From a virus, in IMG/VR virus record IMGVR_UViG_3300046787_000316, positions 1 to 64,000 of that record: a stretch of DNA of 64,000 nt; one strand, 5' to 3'. Below the pieces are notes generated by a model that saw nothing but the letters and a program-made list of their open reading frames with translations, was not told the DNA's origin and searched no databases. Below are positions 47,342 through 56,705 of the stretch, in pieces; positions within the stretch are counted from its first letter, which is position 1, and each line of letters opens with the position of its first letter. A program made the position numbers and the translations under genes.

Positions 47342-48013
47342 TTATATTATTATATTTTCATCGTTTTCGGTTAAAATATCGAAATAATCTTCGGTATCCA
47401 ATATTATATCTATGAATTTACCAAATACTTCAATATCATTTGTAGTTACTGAACCATAATCTATGAAATCATCAAAGAATGTAATCACCACATTATATCC
47501 CACTTCTTTTATAGTATAATTTCCAGGTAAATGCAATCCGTTAACTAATATTTCGAAATTTTCAGAAGATGCCCCCTCCGTTCCATAATCTAATGCTACA
47601 TTGTATATAGTCAATGTGTTATCCACATCATTGAGTTCATCAATTTGTCTTGATGTATATCTCGCACTATATTGCAATATTTCAGTATGGAAATCATTTA
47701 TAGTTATTTTATTATTTACAATCTTAGTTGGATTTGGATTCTCCCTTACTTGCGATTGATATGAACTTGTTACCGGCATTTGAATACTTTCCAAACTAGC
47801 CGTAGTATATAACGAATTATTTAAGTTATTAACATTTACAATCTTAACTCCAAATGGATGTTTTCTAACATTAGATTGAAATGTTTTCGCAGATGGTATT
47901 TCAATATTTTCCAAGCTACCCGTTAAATACAAACTATCGTTTAAATTATTAACGTTAATTTTAGAAATTATTCTATTTAATTTTCTCGTATTTGATGAAA
48001 ATTGATTACGCAT
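47342..48013 (-). CDS. Hypothetical structural protein with an internal ~43-aa duplication
   Basis: Two copies of KI.NVNNLN.SLY.T.SLE.I..P....QS.VR..P. Confidence 0.7.
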   Translation of the reverse strand: MRNQFSSNTRKLNRIISKINVNNLNDSLYLTGSLENIEIPSAKTFQSNVRKHPFGVKIVNVNNLNNSLYTTASLESIQMPVTSSYQSQVRENPNPTKIVNNKITINDFHTEILQYSARYTSRQIDELNDVDNTLTIYNVALDYGTEGASSENFEILVNGLHLPGNYTIKEVGYNVVITFFDDFIDYGSVTTNDIEVFGKFIDIILDTEDYFDILTENDENIII

Positions 48014-48335
48014 ATTGCTCTATATCACCTTTTATTTCTATATAATCAATCGTATCTAATTCGTATTCAAATTGATTTTTTATAAATTTAATTATTAATC
48101 CACTTGAACCCGATTCTACGATATAATCGTTTGCACTAATTGATTGTGTATTTATCCTAATATCCAACCTATCTTGCGAAGTTCGGATTTCCACTTCCCG
48201 TAATATACTTACAAATCTAAATCCCTTAGCTTGCCAAATCGAATAAACATCATTACTTAAGTCCAATGGAGTTAATATAGTGGAAACTACCTTTCTACTA
48301 ATCTTTTGTGTTATATCTAATAATGTGCGTTTCAT
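48006..48335 (-). CDS. Hypothetical structural protein
   Basis: 109-aa ORF coupled to the neck operon. Confidence 0.7.
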   Translation of the reverse strand: MKRTLLDITQKISRKVVSTILTPLDLSNDVYSIWQAKGFRFVSILREVEIRTSQDRLDIRINTQSISANDYIVESGSSGLIIKFIKNQFEYELDTIDYIEIKGDIEQYA

Positions 48336-49453
48336 TATACAATATCAATGAATTTTCCTGATATTGCCACTTCATCGGTTGGAGTTACATTAAATCCAAT
48401 ATTACCTACTATAAAATTTATAGTTAAAGTGGTCGCGGTAACCGATACGTTGAAATCGGTTTGATAATACCTAACACCATTTATATAAACCTTTAAATCG
48501 TATGAGTTTGGTCCAATTGTAATCCCAGCCGTTACCACACTTGCTAATTGTTGAGGCGCTTTTATTAGCTTTATATCAGTAAATGTAATTGTATCGTTTG
48601 TAATTGGTTTTTGAGATTTACTATTATTTAATGCAAGAAAATCTACTAAATCCTTATTATCATAATACGCAGATGGAGTTGTTAATAATCCTTCCAATCT
48701 ACCATTTCCGCTTGTTACATCGGTTTCAGTTGAAACAAATACTTTCTTAGTGCTAAATGATTTTTTAGTAGTTTCTTCGCCATCCCATTTTTCTGGCAAT
48801 AGATATGCTTTTACATTTAATGTAAATTCAATCCTATTAATCCTTTCAGTTCCCTCACCTACTTCGTTTATAACATTGTAATCTGCTATTTGAGTTCTGA
48901 ATTTATACCTATCTTTATCTCCCCAATAATCAGTAGTATATGATAGGTGTTCGATTACTTTATTCAAATGTTCTGTGAATGAAGTCCAAACCATACAATC
49001 ATAATTTATATCTACATATTGAGGCATAGTTATATTGTATAATTCATACGATGGTTTTGTTCCATTTAAAATAGTAAATCTATCGTATCTATTATTTTTA
49101 TTAAATTTACTAATAGTTGCGTATGAAACGTGATTATTGAACATCGGCATCGATTCATCATTTGCAATTGATGTTCTACGAAGCATCATTATTGGTAACT
49201 GAATCTTTCCTTTTATATCTCTGTAAATTCCCTCTCTTCTTGCACCATTCCATCTTTCGGAGTTACCATATACAACAGGTATCTTTACAATGTTACCATC
49301 ACCATCTTCCAGAGTCGGTAGAGCAACATCTTCCAAATATGACATCATAGCATAGTCTATATCAAACAGCGAAATACCATGCTTTAAATCACCTTTTTCG
49401 GACTTTATCTGATTTGCTCTATTTAGAGCCGGTCTAATTGGATTTTTTGCCAT
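48335..49453 (-). CDS. Tail terminator / sheath stabilizer (T4 gp15-like)
   Basis: KIPVVYGNSERW, LPIMMLRRTSI, PQYVDINY, FTLNVKAYLLP; follows gp13/gp14-like genes. Confidence 0.75.
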   Translation of the reverse strand: MAKNPIRPALNRANQIKSEKGDLKHGISLFDIDYAMMSYLEDVALPTLEDGDGNIVKIPVVYGNSERWNGARREGIYRDIKGKIQLPIMMLRRTSIANDESMPMFNNHVSYATISKFNKNNRYDRFTILNGTKPSYELYNITMPQYVDINYDCMVWTSFTEHLNKVIEHLSYTTDYWGDKDRYKFRTQIADYNVINEVGEGTERINRIEFTLNVKAYLLPEKWDGEETTKKSFSTKKVFVSTETDVTSGNGRLEGLLTTPSAYYDNKDLVDFLALNNSKSQKPITNDTITFTDIKLIKAPQQLASVVTAGITIGPNSYDLKVYINGVRYYQTDFNVSVTATTLTINFIVGNIGFNVTPTDEVAISGKFIDIV

Positions 49454-49459
49454 TGTTTA

Positions 49460-49915
49460 TTATTTTACTCTTTGTTCAATATTCAAATCTGATTTTCTAG
49501 TCATAAATGCAGTACAAACAATACTCCAATTATTATTTGGCTGCCCACCTATAAATTGAACTTCGTTTGTATTATCTATTTCATAATAAGATTGGTCAAA
49601 TAAGATAACATCACCTATTTCAGGATATATTCCCTTTTCTTCACAAGTCAATTTATCGATTTTAAATGTAATTGTTTGAGAATTATCTGGACCAAATCCT
49701 TCATATACGACATTTTCAGGCTCTTTATCAATTAAGCAGAACATCTCTACTCCTTGATACCAAGTCTTATTGATTGCCTCACCATATATGTTAACTTTAC
49801 TTTCGTATATGTTAAGTTTAAATAATGTGATAGCAGTCTGAATTACATCATCTACCAATTCTCTGGCGATGGATTTGAAAAAATCTAAATCTCTTCCAAC
49901 TAAAAATTTTGGCAT
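49460..49915 (-). CDS. Neck / head closure protein (T4 gp14-like)
   Basis: NIYGEA, PEIGDVI...YYEI; synteny. Confidence 0.7.
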   Translation of the reverse strand: MPKFLVGRDLDFFKSIARELVDDVIQTAITLFKLNIYESKVNIYGEAINKTWYQGVEMFCLIDKEPENVVYEGFGPDNSQTITFKIDKLTCEEKGIYPEIGDVILFDQSYYEIDNTNEVQFIGGQPNNNWSIVCTAFMTRKSDLNIEQRVK

Positions 49916-49916
49916 A

Positions 49917-51125
49917 TTATCCTACATATATTTTTAAAGGCACTTTTCTTAACATATCTTGATGATGGTCAGATTCGTGTGCCTGTTTTTCAAAAACATT
50001 CTTTCTACTCATCTCTTCCAAATTTTCTCGCAATTGAGTCATTAGTATATCTTTTTCAACTTGAGCTTCTGCTCTCAATGCTGCGCCATCCAATGATACT
50101 TCTCCATCTGGAATCGGAATTGAGTTATACTTTTCTCTAATTGCGCCCAATAATTCCTTTGTAAGTGCAAGTGTATATTTTCTAATCCATTGCTTACCAA
50201 CATCATTTATGTCGGAATACTGAATAAAGTTATATGGAATATCGGAGTAGTCCGAAAGTGAGTCGGCTTGAATGGTTTGAGAATCATGCTCAAACTCATC
50301 TCTACTCATATATTCAATGTAAACTCTACTAACAGTTCCAACTGTTGGTATAGGGAATATTTCTAATTTATTATCTACTATATTAAATGTATGTGCTGAT
50401 TTACGAATATGGTCATTAAATTCGATTTGTTGCATTCTCAATACATCTTCGTAAAGAGGCATCATTAAAAATTGTGCAGCCGGAGAAAAGTTCCCAAATC
50501 CCAACTCACTCATTAAATTTAAAGTTCCTTGTGCTCCTACCGAATATGGGTCGAAGAATCTCGCAATCGCAGGAGTTGCTTCGTGAAATACTCGTGTTAC
50601 ATCCACAGTTGAACCACTTGTAAATAAAGTTGAAAATGAAGAAGATGTTGTTGTATCAATAGCTTCAGTCATTATATCGTATTTCTGCTTTCCAGGAGTT
50701 AAATCGATATATGCCTTATTAATTGCAGTTGAACCCCCTACTCCCGCTTGCGTTCCATATTGCTGAGCCATACGAATAGCAGTTGGTAAAAATGAACCAT
50801 CTACAAGAGTTTGTGAATAATTTGCAACTCTACCTTTGGGTTGCCCTCTTAAAATATCTAAGTTATTTCTAAGATTAAATTGATTTACTTGTGCCGAATA
50901 TTCCGAAGTAGATTCTTCAAAGCATGCCCAAATTTGCGGATTATCCAATTCAATGTTTACAATGGGATATCCCAATCGTTTTGCTACCCAAACTGCTGTT
51001 TTTGGTGCATCACTTCTGAAATCTACATCCGAATCATATAATCCAAATGGAGTTGCTTCAGCTGATGCCGATGCTGATAAGAATGCTGCTGCGGTTGAAC
51101 CCGACCAATAAGTGTTTACCGACAT
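49917..51125 (-). CDS. Neck protein (T4 gp13-like adaptor)
   Basis: RLGYPIVNIEL, QWIRKYTLAL.KE.LG..R.KY..IPIPDGEVSLDG. Confidence 0.85.
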   Translation of the reverse strand: MSVNTYWSGSTAAAFLSASASAEATPFGLYDSDVDFRSDAPKTAVWVAKRLGYPIVNIELDNPQIWACFEESTSEYSAQVNQFNLRNNLDILRGQPKGRVANYSQTLVDGSFLPTAIRMAQQYGTQAGVGGSTAINKAYIDLTPGKQKYDIMTEAIDTTTSSSFSTLFTSGSTVDVTRVFHEATPAIARFFDPYSVGAQGTLNLMSELGFGNFSPAAQFLMMPLYEDVLRMQQIEFNDHIRKSAHTFNIVDNKLEIFPIPTVGTVSRVYIEYMSRDEFEHDSQTIQADSLSDYSDIPYNFIQYSDINDVGKQWIRKYTLALTKELLGAIREKYNSIPIPDGEVSLDGAALRAEAQVEKDILMTQLRENLEEMSRKNVFEKQAHESDHHQDMLRKVPLKIYVG

Positions 51126-51146
51126 ATTTTTAGTGTTATTATTTAC

Positions 51147-51155
51147 TATAAATAT
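51147..51155 (-). promoter_or_regulatory. Late promoter motif ATATTTATA
   Basis: Exact motif about 22 nt upstream of the neck ATG. Confidence 0.7.
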
Positions 51156-51161
51156 AAGAAT

Positions 51162-51193
51162 AAAAAAAGAGATGATATTTCTACCATCTCTTT
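51162..51193 (-). terminator. Intrinsic terminator
   Basis: AAAGAGATG/CATCTCTTT stem plus a T-run. Confidence 0.8.
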
Positions 51194-51215
51194 CTTAATT
51201 TAGATTATCTTAATA

Positions 51216-51584
51216 TTATGATAAACGAACTTTAACAGTTCCCAATGTGTGATATAATCCACCAACCGGAACTCCAGCGGCAGATGCAGATGCATCATTC
51301 CAACCACCGTTTGTAGTTGAACCTGTTACATACGCAAAATCTGTATTTGCCATTTTAGTAGCAATACTACCACTTAAAGATACTCTAGCTGCGTTTGAAG
51401 CTGATACATCGGTATCGGTTGCCAAACCTGCTCCATCTAAAGTTGTTTGTAAATTTGATGCAGAGATATATCCCCAATTACCATCTGTATTCTTTGCTAA
51501 TAATGTTGTTCCTACTACACTTGAGTATTCAGGAAAGTCAGCCGCTTGGCCTGTTATTGTGTACTGTTTTTCTGGGTATGCCAT
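51216..51584 (-). CDS. Putative head decoration/fibre protein
   Basis: Own late motif and terminator, directly after the capsid gene; C-terminal DASASAAGVPVGGLYH. Confidence 0.55.
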   Translation of the reverse strand: MAYPEKQYTITGQAADFPEYSSVVGTTLLAKNTDGNWGYISASNLQTTLDGAGLATDTDVSASNAARVSLSGSIATKMANTDFAYVTGSTTNGGWNDASASAAGVPVGGLYHTLGTVKVRLS

Positions 51585-51623
51585 TTTTGTTTTTTTTAGT
51601 TATTGAATTGTAGCAATAAATAT

Positions 51624-51654
51624 AAAAAAAAAGAGGGAACATTACTGCTCCCTC
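51624..51654 (-). terminator. Intrinsic terminator after the major capsid gene
   Basis: GAGGGA/TCCCTC stem plus a T9-type run. Confidence 0.8.
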
Positions 51655-51680
51655 AATCTTTTTTCTAAAATCCGTTAAGA

Positions 51681-53288
51681 TTAAAGAGTTTCTAATCCAT
51701 CGATTAAGATTTTACCATAGAATTCTGGTCTTACGATTTTCTTAGCGTATCTTGTCATAACTCCTCTTCTTGGAGTGAAGTTAGTTGGGTCATACACTAA
51801 TGGAGTCATAATCAACGGAACGTATGGAGCGTAAACAGCACCTGTTTCGAAGAAGTTAGAACCTTTGAATCCCATTAACGCAACGTTTTCAGTCATGTAA
51901 GGGTTTTTGTAAACATCGTATCTGTTTGAGATTTGTCCGATGTTAGTTACACCAGCTGCGAATGATAAAGCGTCTTTCCCTGGGTTAGCAGAGAATCCGT
52001 TCATAGATTCTAAGATAGTTGCAACGTTTGGAGAAACTACGATAAAGTTTGCTCCACCTCTCATTGTTAATTGGTGAATCTTGTTAGATACTTTTTGTAA
52101 TTTAATACCTAAAGTCTGGAACCAAGTATTTTTTTGGTAAGCAGATGCCGCAGCAGCGTTAGAATCGATAGAGAATCCGTTTCCGTTCCAATCGTATCCA
52201 ACTTTTGCAGACCAATATTCAGTTGTGAAAGCGTTTTGTTGTAACATCTCTAAGATTTCTAAATCAATCTCTAAAGAGATGTATTCAGATAACATTTGAG
52301 TCAACTCAGCTTCTGCATCAACAGAGTGGTATGCGTTCAAATCTTGCGCCAATTCAGGAGTCCAGATTGCTTTTAATTTTCTTGTCTTAGCAACGATAGG
52401 CTCAGATTTCAATTCTAATTCGATTTCTGGGATAGCCAAGTCAGTTCCTCTATCTTCGAAATCACCTCTTGTGATATCAGTAGGTTGAACGTGGTATGCT
52501 AACGATGTTCCAACAGATGGAGCTGTACCTGTTCCACTTACTACGAACTCAACGTTTGTTCCGTTTTTAGTTGTATATTGTGGGAAGTAAGCCAAGTTAG
52601 AACCTGTTGCTAATGTTAATTCGAATGCTCTAATACCATTGAAGTCGGCATCAGCAGGCAATGCTACAGTTACTTTTTTCAATGTGTTTGCTGCGTAAGA
52701 TGCAGAAACAGTAGCGTTAGATAAATCATAATCAATATCACCTAAAGATGCAGATGCAACAGTTGCAGTGATAGCAGCAGTAGCGTTATTGATTGTGTAT
52801 CCGAAACGTCCTGCTCCATATAAACCACCTTCTGTTACTTGAGTAGAACCCAATTTGTTTCCTGATGGAGATAATGAATCTTTACCAAAAGTTCCACCAT
52901 TACCGAATAATGAAGAACCTGTAAAGTTTGGATTACCAGCTGGGTTTGAACCATATTTGAAATCCATATAGAAAATAAGACCTGATGGTAAGTTCATTGG
53001 TTGAACCGAAACGAATTCTTTCGCTGCGATAGAACCGAAGATTCTTCTTACCAATGGTAATGCTACACCAGCCCACTCTTCTGAACCAGATGATGTACCT
53101 GTTCTTGTAGCCTCATCTAATAATTGTTTAGCTTGGTTTTCTAACATTACTGCCATACCATGCTTAGTTGTTTCAGAACCTACTCCTTCAAGTAATCCTG
53201 TTTTTTCCCATTTACCTTTCAAACCTCTAGTTTGTTCAAGCATAACGCTTTGTGGGTTAGCGCCGTTCATTAATTTTTTTAAGTCCAT
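51681..53288 (-). CDS. Major capsid protein (T4 gp23-like)
   Basis: LPLVRR, VQPMNLPSGLIFY, AKTRKLKAIWTPELAQDLNAYH, GAVYAPYVPL, PRRGVMTRY. Confidence 0.97.
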   Translation of the reverse strand: MDLKKLMNGANPQSVMLEQTRGLKGKWEKTGLLEGVGSETTKHGMAVMLENQAKQLLDEATRTGTSSGSEEWAGVALPLVRRIFGSIAAKEFVSVQPMNLPSGLIFYMDFKYGSNPAGNPNFTGSSLFGNGGTFGKDSLSPSGNKLGSTQVTEGGLYGAGRFGYTINNATAAITATVASASLGDIDYDLSNATVSASYAANTLKKVTVALPADADFNGIRAFELTLATGSNLAYFPQYTTKNGTNVEFVVSGTGTAPSVGTSLAYHVQPTDITRGDFEDRGTDLAIPEIELELKSEPIVAKTRKLKAIWTPELAQDLNAYHSVDAEAELTQMLSEYISLEIDLEILEMLQQNAFTTEYWSAKVGYDWNGNGFSIDSNAAAASAYQKNTWFQTLGIKLQKVSNKIHQLTMRGGANFIVVSPNVATILESMNGFSANPGKDALSFAAGVTNIGQISNRYDVYKNPYMTENVALMGFKGSNFFETGAVYAPYVPLIMTPLVYDPTNFTPRRGVMTRYAKKIVRPEFYGKILIDGLETL

Positions 53289-53316
53289 TTTATGTCCTTT
53301 GTGTTTTTGTGATTAA

Positions 53317-54567
53317 TTATTTTAAAATACCTGCTAATTTTTTGAATCTATCAGATAATTGAGTGCTTTCTGCAATTACTTGCTTAGTTGCTTTTGGTGC
53401 AGTTGATTTAACTACTTTACTTGCAATACCCTCTGTGATTGATTTTTTAGCGATTTTGTTAGATGAAGTGTATTTGAAGTTCTCTGCTAATGTAGAGAAT
53501 ACCAATTTAACCTCTCTTACTGATTTAGTTCTATCCAAAGTTTCGATTACTTTCACTTTTTGTTCGTTAGTCATATTATGAGCTCTGAACAATTTGTTAG
53601 CGAATAATAATTTTGCGTTTAACAAATTAACTTCGTTGATAGTTCTTTGTAATGATTTGATAGTTTTGTAAGCTTCTTGTAAATCCTGTGCAGTTGCAGA
53701 GTCTTTTTCTTCAGCGTCATCACCTTTCATATCATTTTCCATTTCACGAAGGATTTCTTCCAAATCGATAGTTTCGCTATCTTCTTCTTCACCTTCGTTT
53801 GTTACAACAACTTTAGGAGTTTCTCCTTTGTCAGTTCCAGCTTCTGAACCATCTGCTAAATTTTCATTAGCTGCGAAAGGGTTTTCTTCTGCAGGAGCTT
53901 CTTCTTCCGAAGCTTCTTCATCGCCTTCACCATCCATTGCTGCTTCTAATTCTCTAATGATAGCCTCTAATGTGTTATCATCTTCTGAATCATCTGAATC
54001 CATACCCATGTCCATTTCATCATCACCTTCAGCTGCTGCGAAAGGGTTTTCTTCTGAATCCATACCCATGTCCATTTCATCATCACCTTCTGTTTGTGCA
54101 AAAGGATTTTCTTCTTCCGAATCTTCTCCTTCTAATTCTGCCAATCTAGCTTTCAATTCTGCAATCTCTGCATCTTTGTCACCTTCTTGGTCAGCAAAAG
54201 GGTTTTCTTCTTCTTCGTTGATATCTGCTACTTTAGTGTAGTCAGTACCAGCCGCTTCTGGCTTACCACCATCTTTAGTTACACCTACTGATAAATCAGT
54301 GTCTGCATCTAATGTTGGAGTTGCACCAGGAGTTTCAGCGTATCCAGCTTCTACTTTAGAACCGATACCATCTGAACTTAATTCCTCGTCTACTTTTTCA
54401 GCATCCATATCCTCAGCTTCAGCTTCTGCTCTCATTTTTTGAGATAACATAGATTGAAGTCTTGGAGTGAAAGCTTCTTCAAGCGCAAGTTTTGCGTTAG
54501 CTAATGCAGTTTCTTTAACAGCTTTAGCATCAGCAATTGCTTCTTTCAAAAGTTTTGAATTTGCCAT
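53317..54567 (-). CDS. Prohead core scaffolding protein (T4 gp22 position)
   Basis: LLKEAIADAKAVKETALANAKLALEEAF; long acidic linker; EVNLLNAKLLF; C-terminal RFKKLAGI. Confidence 0.85.
   Translation of the reverse strand: MANSKLLKEAIADAKAVKETALANAKLALEEAFTPRLQSMLSQKMRAEAEAEDMDAEKVDEELSSDGIGSKVEAGYAETPGATPTLDADTDLSVGVTKDGGKPEAAGTDYTKVADINEEEENPFADQEGDKDAEIAELKARLAELEGEDSEEENPFAQTEGDDEMDMGMDSEENPFAAAEGDDEMDMGMDSDDSEDDNTLEAIIRELEAAMDGEGDEEASEEEAPAEENPFAANENLADGSEAGTDKGETPKVVVTNEGEEEDSETIDLEEILREMENDMKGDDAEEKDSATAQDLQEAYKTIKSLQRTINEVNLLNAKLLFANKLFRAHNMTNEQKVKVIETLDRTKSVREVKLVFSTLAENFKYTSSNKIAKKSITEGIASKVVKSTAPKATKQVIAESTQLSDRFKKLAGILK
53993..54090 (+). repeat. 38-bp exact direct repeat, period 60 bp, inside the scaffold gene
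   Basis: tctgaatccatacccatgtccatttcatcatcaccttc at 53993-54030 and 54053-54090, encoding EGDDEMDMGMDS twice. Confidence 0.95.
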
Positions 54568-54715
54568 TCTTTTTTTCTCCTTGTTTGATTGTGAAGTTAT
54601 TTATAGGAAACTCCAATAGAATTATGTTGATTGTTCGGTCACGCCTTATAGAGAAGGGTATTCATTAATCAACTATTACCTTTAATATAATCCTTTATGA
54701 GAAAGGATATTTGAG
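54568..54715 (-). ncRNA. Candidate structured 5' leader RNA of the scaffold-capsid operon
   Basis: Hairpins ATCCTTT-ctcat-AAAGGAT and CCTT-ctctat-AAGG, an enclosing GTTGATT/AATCAAC stem, and AAGGAG before the ATG. Confidence 0.5.
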
Positions 54716-54736
54716 AATAAATATATAATTTTTTAG

Positions 54737-54780
54737 AAAACTAAAGAAAAATCCCAAATTTCTTTGGGATTCTTAGTTTT
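54737..54780 (-). terminator. Intrinsic terminator / hairpin upstream of the scaffold promoter
   Basis: ATCCCAAA/TTTGGGAT stem with an outer AAAACTAA/TTAGTTTT stem. Confidence 0.75.
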
Positions 54781-54791
54781 TTTTATTATTT

Positions 54792-55163
54792 TTATTGGTG
54801 GTTAACCAATTTATATTTAGTTTTGTATAATAAAGATACAACGGTATCGATATCATTTTGTATCCAACTATCTTGTAATTTTGGACTTGTTCTTAGTTTT
54901 GCAACTAAATCACATAATGTTTGGAAGTAATTAATAATGTTTTTAATATCATTATTCTTATCCAATGTTCCTATGCCTGATATTTGAATTAATCCTTCTT
55001 TACCTTGGTATGCTTCGACTAATCCATCTACTAAATCGCCGATTGAATCATAATAATCACCTAATGCAAGGTGAGCGGAATGTGAACCGATTCCTTTTAC
55101 GCCCCAATGAAATGAGTGAGCTTGAGTTCTACTCTGTAACAATAATGATGCTAATTCTTCCAT
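54792..55163 (-). CDS. Dps/ferritin-like four-helix protein (DUF5856-like)
   Basis: QAHSFHW...SAHLALGDYYD.I.DLVD.LVEAYQG...LYKL. Confidence 0.7.
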   Translation of the reverse strand: MEELASLLLQSRTQAHSFHWGVKGIGSHSAHLALGDYYDSIGDLVDGLVEAYQGKEGLIQISGIGTLDKNNDIKNIINYFQTLCDLVAKLRTSPKLQDSWIQNDIDTVVSLLYKTKYKLVNHQ

Positions 55164-55171
55164 TTTTTAAT

Positions 55172-55855
55172 TTACATTTTTCCACCGGCGATATCACCAA
55201 CTATAAAGTCGGCATCATCGGCATATTTTTTTGAACATATTACAAAATTTCCACCACCTACTTTAATCCAAAAGTGAGGAATACCCGAAGTAGTAAAATC
55301 AGCCTTATACCCAGCTGCTTTTAATTTAGGACCTAATCCAATTAGAGAGCCACCACCATCAACGTGTTGCGTAACAACATCTTTAATTTTAGTTATCTCC
55401 GATTGAGATATACCTTCTGTTAAGGTTTTGTTACAAGCGCTACATTCTTGTAATCCTAATCTCTGTTTCATCACTTCTTCCGAAACATCGGCGATTTCAA
55501 AGTATCTACCCAATACGTGTCCCATATCTTCGTATAATGCTTCTAATCTTTGTTGCTGCGATTGAGCTTCTAATGCTTCTTTTTCAAATGCACTTTGTAG
55601 TTTTTTTAACTCATTCATATTACGTTTAATCGTAACTCTATCGAACCAATCACCACCTTCTCTTAAAGTATATTCTTGTGCTGCATCAGCTATACCACCT
55701 AAAGTTTCTGCAATCTGTCTGATATCAGACTTTCTGCTCATTCCTTCTCTATGTTGTCCATAGGTAGAAATGATTTCCAAAAAATGTTTTTTCATTTCAT
55801 TTGGAAGTTGCTGAAACTCTTCAGCTTCTTTTAATAAATCTGTTAAACGTATCAT
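55172..55855 (-). CDS. Putative internal head protein
   Basis: N-terminal MIRLTDLLKE; head-module context. Confidence 0.6.
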   Translation of the reverse strand: MIRLTDLLKEAEEFQQLPNEMKKHFLEIISTYGQHREGMSRKSDIRQIAETLGGIADAAQEYTLREGGDWFDRVTIKRNMNELKKLQSAFEKEALEAQSQQQRLEALYEDMGHVLGRYFEIADVSEEVMKQRLGLQECSACNKTLTEGISQSEITKIKDVVTQHVDGGGSLIGLGPKLKAAGYKADFTTSGIPHFWIKVGGGNFVICSKKYADDADFIVGDIAGGKM

Positions 55856-55856
55856 A

Positions 55857-56108
55857 TTATTTTTTTAAAATATCGTTTTTCTTAATGTTTTGGATATATC
55901 TCATTAATTCCTGTCTATCCATTCCCATTGCTTCGATTACTTTAGCAAGAACAAGCATCTCCTTTTTACGATTAAGGTTCATTCCCTTAATTTGCGATAC
56001 CATCTTATCCAAATATCTTTCAACGGCTTGTGGTAATGTTGTATCCAAATCTTCTAAAGATTCTTTAACATTCATTTGTTTACCAGGCACTAAGTTTACT
56101 AATTTCAT
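55857..56108 (-). CDS. Putative internal head protein
   Basis: N-terminal MKLVNLV...VKE. Confidence 0.55.
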   Translation of the reverse strand: MKLVNLVPGKQMNVKESLEDLDTTLPQAVERYLDKMVSQIKGMNLNRKKEMLVLAKVIEAMGMDRQELMRYIQNIKKNDILKK

Positions 56109-56113
56109 ATTTG

Positions 56114-56704
56114 TTAGTTTATTTCAATTATAATTTCTCTCATCAAATCTTGTGCTCTACACCATTTACCACATTCATCTGCGATTTTAGCCCATTGCTT
56201 TGATTCATTCATTGGCGCCATAAATGCTCCGTGTGTAGATGGATTTGAAACAAAATCCCAACCCACTAATTCAAAATCTTCTTGAACCATTACAGTCCCA
56301 TCTCTAAGTTCTTTAACAGAACCTAAACCTCTTGATGAAATTCCTAAACGAATATTGTTTTTTAACAATTCTCTCAAAATGTTTCCAGATGGAGTTGATA
56401 GAATTTCTACCACACCACATACATCATCCCCTTCCCAATAGATTTCTCTAATGTTATGAGATACATTTTTTAAATTGATTACGGGAGAATCTGGATGGTC
56501 TAACTCACCAAGAGCTCTTCTCTCTTTAATAAGTTGCTGATATTTGTTACACTCTCTTTCTAAGATGTCTTTTGGATATCTTCTATGATTTTGGTTTGGT
56601 GCTCCAGCTCTTTGCAAGATACCCTTAACTAAATAAGTTCCGTTTTCTTCCTGAACCATTTTAGCTTCAAACAAATGGGTTTCTATCAATAATCCTTTAT
56701 TCAT
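56114..56704 (-). CDS. Prohead protease (T4 gp21-like)
   Basis: NQNHRRYP, GELDHP, GISSRGLGSV, DFVSNPSTHGA. Confidence 0.96.
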   Translation of the reverse strand: MNKGLLIETHLFEAKMVQEENGTYLVKGILQRAGAPNQNHRRYPKDILERECNKYQQLIKERRALGELDHPDSPVINLKNVSHNIREIYWEGDDVCGVVEILSTPSGNILRELLKNNIRLGISSRGLGSVKELRDGTVMVQEDFELVGWDFVSNPSTHGAFMAPMNESKQWAKIADECGKWCRAQDLMREIIIEIN

Positions 56705-56705
56705 C

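Noticed and set aside
53993-54090. Direct repeat with a short spacer resembling a mini CRISPR array
   Set aside because: Only two copies, in frame within the scaffold CDS (60-bp period = 20 codons), and no cas genes.
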